DNA of 64,000 nucleotides from Scenedesmus sp. PABB004 (lineage: Eukaryota). The stretch spans positions 3,782,001-3,846,000 of the forward strand of contig CM026547.1 of assembly GCA_014905635.1 (NCBI GenBank). Direction: 5' to 3'. This document shows positions 59,121-64,000 of this stretch, in pieces. Position 1 is the stretch's first letter. Every line of letters starts with the position of its first letter. The notes under the pieces were generated by a model that was not told where the DNA came from, did no database searches, and was given only the letters and a program-made list of their open reading frames with translations. Position numbers and translations under genes: made by a program.

Positions 59121-61154
59121 ATGCTGGGCGCCCAGCCCGCGCCGCTGGCGCCGGTGCTGGCGCTGGCGGGCGCCACCTGGGGCGTGCGCGGCGCGGGAGC
59201 GCTGCTGGAGGCTCTGTGGCCGCGGGGCGGCGGCGGCGCGGCGGACGGGGGCGCGGCCGACGCCGCCGCGTGCTGGAGCAGCGCCGCGCTCGACGCGTAC
59301 CGCGAGGTGGCCCGCCTGGCCGCGCGGGCGGCCCACCACAGCGCACACTACGAGCCGGCCGTGCTGGAGGCCGGCCTGCGCGGAGTGGCGCTCGCCGCGG
59401 TGGCCGCGGCGGCGGTCGGCGCGTGGCTCGCGCTCGCGGCGGCGACCGCCGCCGCCCGCGAGCGCCGCCGCTTCGCGGCGCGCGAGGCGGCGCTGCTGGA
59501 GCGCTGCGCGGGCCTGGCGGAGCAGGCCGCCGACCTGGGCGGCCGCGCGCACGAGGCGGTCGAGGCGCTGGACGAGCTGGCGGAGCACTACGAGGCGGCG
59601 ATCGCCGACAACCGCCGCCTCGCCAACACGGCGGCGTCCTCCAAGGCGCTCCTGCGCGAGCGGGCGCAGGCGCAGGTGCGCGGCGCCGCGGCGCTGTGCG
59701 CGCAGGCGGCGGCCTGGCAAGCCGCAGCGGGTGCGCCGCGCCGCCCGCGCACGCCGCCCGCCGCGCACCGCGCCCTCGCGCCGCCCGCCGCGCAGTGCGC
59801 CGCGCCGCCGTGCGGGGCCGCCGCCACGCAGACGCCGGACGGCGCGGGCCTGGAGGCCGAGTCGTCCGCGCCGGAGCTGGGCGCGCTCGTCGCGTGCGCG
59901 CCGGTGGGGCCGGACCGCGACACGCGGGGCGGCGCCCGCCCCGACACCGCGAAGCACACCAGCAAGCAGTTTGGCTCGCCCACCAAGGGCGCGTCCGCGG
60001 GCCCCGCCTCGGCGGGCAGGCAGCCGCCGACGCCGGCTGAGCAGGCGCTCGCGGAGGCGCTGGCGGCGGGCGCCGCGCCCGGCGGCACCCCCGCGGCGGG
60101 CGCCGCGCCCGGCGGCACCCCCGCGGCGGTGCAGGCGGCCGTGCTGCGCGTGAACCAGCGCCTGGCAGAGGAGGGCCACGACGAGCGCCTGGCGCTCGTG
60201 CCCGTGTCGCCGGGCGGCGCCGCCGGCGCGCAGCAGCAGCCCTCGCCCGCAGCGGCGCCGCCGGCGAGCCCCGACGCGGCGCTCGTGCTGCGCGGCTCTG
60301 CGCCGCCGGCCAGCCCCCAGGCCTTTGCGACGCACGGCGACGTGCGCGCGCTGCTCGACCGCCACACCGCGGAGCAGGAGGTCCTGCGGTGGCGGCAGGA
60401 GGTCAGCCACCTGCAGGAGAGCGCGGCGCACTACCGGCACATCGTCGAGGGGTCGCGCGAGGAGCTGCGCCTGCTGTCGTCCCAGAAAAAGGCAGCCGTC
60501 GCGGGCGCGCTCAGCCCGGCGGGCAGCCTGGCCGGCGCGTTCGTCAACACGCGGCGCGGCCCCGCCACGCCGCTGCCCTTCCCCGCGCGCGGCTCGCCGC
60601 TCGCCGGCTTCTCCCCGCTCTCGGCCGGCGGCGGCCGCGGCGGCGGCAGCGCGCTGGACGACGGCGCCAGCGCCGCCGCTATCAGCAGCGCGTTCCGGGG
60701 GCTGCTCCCCGGCGCCGGCACGCCCGGCAGCGCCGGCTCCAGCCGGCTCTCGCCGCGCGGCGGCGGCGGCGGGCCCGGCAGCAGCGCCGCGAGCGCCGCG
60801 AGCGGCCGCTCGGGGCCGCCGCCAGACGCGCTGCCCATGGCGCCGCTGGACGGCGCGGCGGCGGGCCCCAGCCCGCGCAAGCCGCCCAGCCCGGGTGCGG
60901 CCGCGGCGGCCGCGGCGGCGGCCAAGCTCGCGCACGTGCTGGACGACGCGCTCGCGCGCAGCAACTCGGTGCGCGAGCGCGCGCGGCGCCTGGGGGGGGG
61001 GGGGGGGGGGCGCGCGCGCGCGCCCGCGGCTGCTGCCACCGCGCCCCGCCTCCCCGACCCGCATCTGCCACCGCCGCCGCCGTGTCGCCGCTCGCAGCTG
61101 CTGGAAAAGACCAAGGCCGCGCGCAGCGCGGTCGAGGGCCGGGCGGCGACGTGA
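59121..61154 (+). CDS. Unknown protein with TM-like segment and coiled coils
   Basis: Coding-like codon bias, hydrophobic GVALAAVAAAAVGAWLALAA followed by heptads; probable introns near 59676-59794 and 60969-61097. Confidence 0.55.
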   Translation: MLGAQPAPLAPVLALAGATWGVRGAGALLEALWPRGGGGAADGGAADAAACWSSAALDAYREVARLAARAAHHSAHYEPAVLEAGLRGVALAAVAAAAVGAWLALAAATAAARERRRFAAREAALLERCAGLAEQAADLGGRAHEAVEALDELAEHYEAAIADNRRLANTAASSKALLRERAQAQVRGAAALCAQAAAWQAAAGAPRRPRTPPAAHRALAPPAAQCAAPPCGAAATQTPDGAGLEAESSAPELGALVACAPVGPDRDTRGGARPDTAKHTSKQFGSPTKGASAGPASAGRQPPTPAEQALAEALAAGAAPGGTPAAGAAPGGTPAAVQAAVLRVNQRLAEEGHDERLALVPVSPGGAAGAQQQPSPAAAPPASPDAALVLRGSAPPASPQAFATHGDVRALLDRHTAEQEVLRWRQEVSHLQESAAHYRHIVEGSREELRLLSSQKKAAVAGALSPAGSLAGAFVNTRRGPATPLPFPARGSPLAGFSPLSAGGGRGGGSALDDGASAAAISSAFRGLLPGAGTPGSAGSSRLSPRGGGGGPGSSAASAASGRSGPPPDALPMAPLDGAAAGPSPRKPPSPGAAAAAAAAAKLAHVLDDALARSNSVRERARRLGGGGGGRARAPAAAATAPRLPDPHLPPPPPCRRSQLLEKTKAARSAVEGRAAT

Positions 61155-61522
61155 GGGGCGGCGCGCGGGCCGCGCCCCAGCTCCGAGGGTGGGGTGCCCT
61201 GGCGTGGGCCGAGCTCCCGGGGCGCGTGAAACCACGGATCGCGCGCAGCCGATTCAAACACGTCGCGGCGGTTCCGCTACGGCGCGCGCCGGCGCCACGC
61301 GCGCGCCGCCAGCCCGGCTGCGCCGCCACAGCACCGTCGCGGTCCTCCCTCGCGCCCTCGGCCGCCGCCAGCCGCCCTGTGCGCCGCTGTAGGCCTGGGC
61401 GCGCCGCGCACTCCCTGCTGCTGCTGCCTTTCCCGGCGCCCCTGCTGCCTCTCCCTCGCTGCTGCTGCCTCTCCCGGCGCAACGTCTGCGGTTTCTACTA
61501 CGCCGGGTCCGCCCCGCGCCCC

Positions 61523-61735
61523 ATGGACGCACAGAGCGTGGCGTCCGGCGAGGCTGCCATCGAGGCGCTGCACGGCATCGCCCAAATCCTCGACACCGGC
61601 CTCGACCGGGAGACGCTGCGCATCCTGGTCGGCCTCTGCGAGGCGGGCGTCAACCCGGAGGCCCTGGCGCTGATCGTGAAGGAGCTGCGCCGCGAGGGGG
61701 CCAAGCAGCAGGCGGCCGCGCCGGCGCGGCGCTGA
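61523..61735 (+). CDS. MZT1: MOZART1 / GIP1 gamma-tubulin complex subunit (70 aa)
   Basis: LHGIAQILDTGLDRETLRILVGLCEAGVNPEALALIVKELRRE is the MZT1 signature. Confidence 0.95.
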   Translation: MDAQSVASGEAAIEALHGIAQILDTGLDRETLRILVGLCEAGVNPEALALIVKELRREGAKQQAAAPARR

Positions 61736-61828
61736 GCAGCAGCGGCCGCGGCGGCAGCGCCCGCCGCCGGCGCCGCTGCTGCAGCGGCCGGCGCCTGCGC
61801 GCGGCGGCGCGCGCGCGCAGTCAGCGCC

Positions 61829-62879
61829 ATGTTTGGGGCCGGCGGCGGCGGCGGCGCGGCGCCCGGCGCGCCGCGCGGCGGCGTGGCGGCGCCCACGCTC
61901 ACGCAGCTGGGCGTGGGGCGGCCGCAGGGCAACGCGCTGATCGGGTCGGAGGGCGCCGAGTTTGTGGCGAGCCTGCTGCGCACCAAGGGCCCCAACGCGG
62001 CGGTCTCGGAGCTGCAGGCCAACTACGGCCTGCAGCACCCGCTCTGCCGCCCGCTGCTGTCGGTGCTCGACTGCCTCGGCATCTCTCGCCGCGAGGCGCA
62101 CCTGCACGTGCTCAACCGCGCGCGCCGCCTGCTGCTCGACTGGGTCGCCGCGGTGCGCGCGTCCGACGCGGGCCGCGCGAGCGAGGCCGGCGGCGACGCG
62201 CCGGAGAGCCGCGAGGAGATCGAGCTGCAGGCCAAGCTCGAGCGCCTGCTCAATGCCAGCTTCAAATACATGGGCGTCCCCGAGCTGCAGCAGGCGCGCG
62301 CTGCAGGGCAGGCCCGCGCGGCGGCGGCGGCGGCCGCGGCGGCGGCCGCGGCGGCGGCCGGCGGCGGCCGGGCAGCGGCGGCGCGGCGGCGAGCCAGCGC
62401 CGCGCAGTCGAACCGCGCCGGCGCCGCGCGGCAGGTGCCCATGGCGGTCATGGCGGCCATGGCCCGCGTGCCGGCGCCCTACCTCAAGCAGCTCGCGGAG
62501 GACCGCGAGATCTTCAACGACCTCCCGCCCGCCGTCAAGCAGCAGGCGCGGCGGCGCCGGCGGCGGCTGCTGCGGCAGCGCTCGCACCCTGCCGCGAGCC
62601 CCCGCGCGCGCTGCCCCTGCGCGGCCGCCTGCCCCGCGCCGCCGCCCAGCGCCGCCGCGCGCCGCCGCGCCGCGCCGCCGCAGGTGTATGAGTATGATCG
62701 CAACCTGCTGCAGCAGGACGCCGTGCAGTACATCGCTGCCTACAAGTACGAGCTGGGCACCACGCTCACCGCGCTCAACATGCGCCAGTTTGTGCGCGCG
62801 CGGCGCCGCGTCGCCGACAAGGCGCCGCTGAGCCGCGCGGGCAGCGGCGCGGGCGGCGCCGGCCGGCGAGCCCCGACGC

Positions 62880-62923
<44 letters not shown>

Positions 62924-64000
62924 GCGCGCCGCTGCCCAAGCCGGGCCGCGGCGGCGGGCGCGGGCGCGGCCACGCCGGCCGCAGCCCGCACGCTGGCGGC
63001 GGCTTCAGCGTGGTCTCGGTGCTCTCGGCCGTCAGTCGGGACCTGGGCCAGCCCGAGGCGGCGCCGCAGCCGCAGCAGCCGGCGCAGCGCACGCCGCTGC
63101 GCAAGCCGCCGGGCTCGCCGAGCGGTGCGCAGGGTGGCGCGCCGGGGCCGCCGCGGGCGGGCCCGCCGGCGCGCGCAGCCGGGCGGCGGCCGCAGGCCGC
63201 CCGAGCGCCGCCGGTGCCACCGCCTCTGCCGCGCCGCCCGCAGGCTCCTCCGGCGCCTCCCTCGCGCTGCTGGGCGGCGGCGGCCGCGCCGGCGCGGCCG
63301 CGGCGACGCCCGCGGGGCCGCTGATGTGCCGCAAGAAGCTGCGCAGCGGCAGCGGCGCGATCAAGCAGCTGCGCGAGATGGTCGGCAACAGCGGCAAGGT
63401 GTACGGCCACCTGGTGGAGCTGTGCGAGGTGCGCGGCCCGCGCCGCGCCGCGGGCGCGGCGCTCCACGCCCGGCCCGGCCCGGTGGCCCAGCGCCGCCGC
63501 GCGCGCCCGCGCTGACGCCGCTCGGCCCCGCCCGCCACGCTGCAGGTGCGGCTGAAGGAGAGCCCCAGCCCCTACCTGGGCGCAAAGGAGCTCTCCTACT
63601 GCGCGCTGCGCACGCAGCTGCTCATGTCGCTGCACGACTCCAGCCAGAAGGCCGGCGGCGCCAAGGCCGGCGCGCCGCGCAAGGAGCGGGACTTCCTGAC
63701 GCGGGTGCGTGCCGCGGCGGCGGCGGCGGCGGGGGAGGGCGGCCGCGCCGGCAGCCGGAAGCCGCGCGCGTGCCAGCCAGCGTGTGCCAGGGCCTGGGCC
63801 AAGCGGCCACGCCGCGCCCGCAGGTCCGCGAGCAGCTACCGCGCGAGGGCCGGTCGTACGACCTGGTGTGGCTGTTTGACGCCGCGCTCATCCAGCGCCG
63901 CCTCACGCTGCAGCACATGCGCAAGCTCGCGGAGCTCTTCGACTCCCACCTCAAGGTGCCGCGCCGCCGGCCGCGTCGGGAGCCGCGCGCGCGGCCGCCG
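61829..64000 (+). CDS. NELFB: Negative elongation factor B (COBRA1) homolog, partial, runs off window
   Basis: Colinear motifs with metazoan NELF-B: LLSVLDCLGISRREAH, KLERLLNASF..VPELQQVPMAVMAAMARVP..LKQLAEDREIF..VKQQVY, IKQLREMVGNSGKVY, YCALRTQLLMSLHD. Confidence 0.85.

Noticed and set aside
61733..61735. TGA readthrough or selenocysteine fusing MZT1 to NELF-B
   Set aside because: In frame, but both proteins are complete on their own and no SECIS or readthrough context was recognised.
1..64000. Hundreds of long overlapping Arg/Ala/Pro/Gly-rich ORFs on both strands (e.g. 186-2063, 11333-14821, 40104-42851)
   Set aside because: Stop codons are rare at this GC content; these are antisense or off-frame shadows of spliced genes.
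1..64000. Prokaryotic operon, CRISPR array or frameshifted pseudogenes
   Set aside because: Frame breaks coincide with G[TC]..AG introns in eukaryote-specific genes; no repeat-spacer array was seen.

Overview
This is very GC-rich (roughly 75-80%), gene-dense eukaryotic nuclear DNA with short (~100-140 bp) introns and TGTAA poly(A) signals. It fits a chlorophyte green alga; Sphaeropleales-like is an inference. Most long ORFs in the six-frame track are GC artefacts, and the real genes are spliced. Genes in order: 3' end of a bZIP/DOG1-like family gene, ORC1, PQBP1-like WW protein, TBL1/HOS15, a small membrane ORF, a TKL kinase ending in a CaaX box, a tandem-E2/BIRC6-type UBC, NUP85, CLEC16A/TT9, a secreted repeat prepro-peptide gene, a bZIP-like gene, lipin/PAH, a coiled-coil protein with an MPHOSPH9-like C-terminus, inverted second copies of the prepro-peptide and bZIP-like genes, RRP3/DDX47, organellar DNA polymerase (POP), golgin-84, an unknown TM/coiled-coil gene, MZT1 and NELF-B (partial). 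Highlights: (1) a two-gene cassette duplicated in inverted and circularly permuted form, with a perfect 39-bp hairpin at the permutation gap; (2) a signal-peptide protein built of RxLL/KR-delimited repeats, a candidate peptide precursor; (3) at least 19 GC-AG introns, about one in five; (4) a NELF-B homolog in a green alga, possibly bicistronic with MZT1. Exon boundaries were read by eye.
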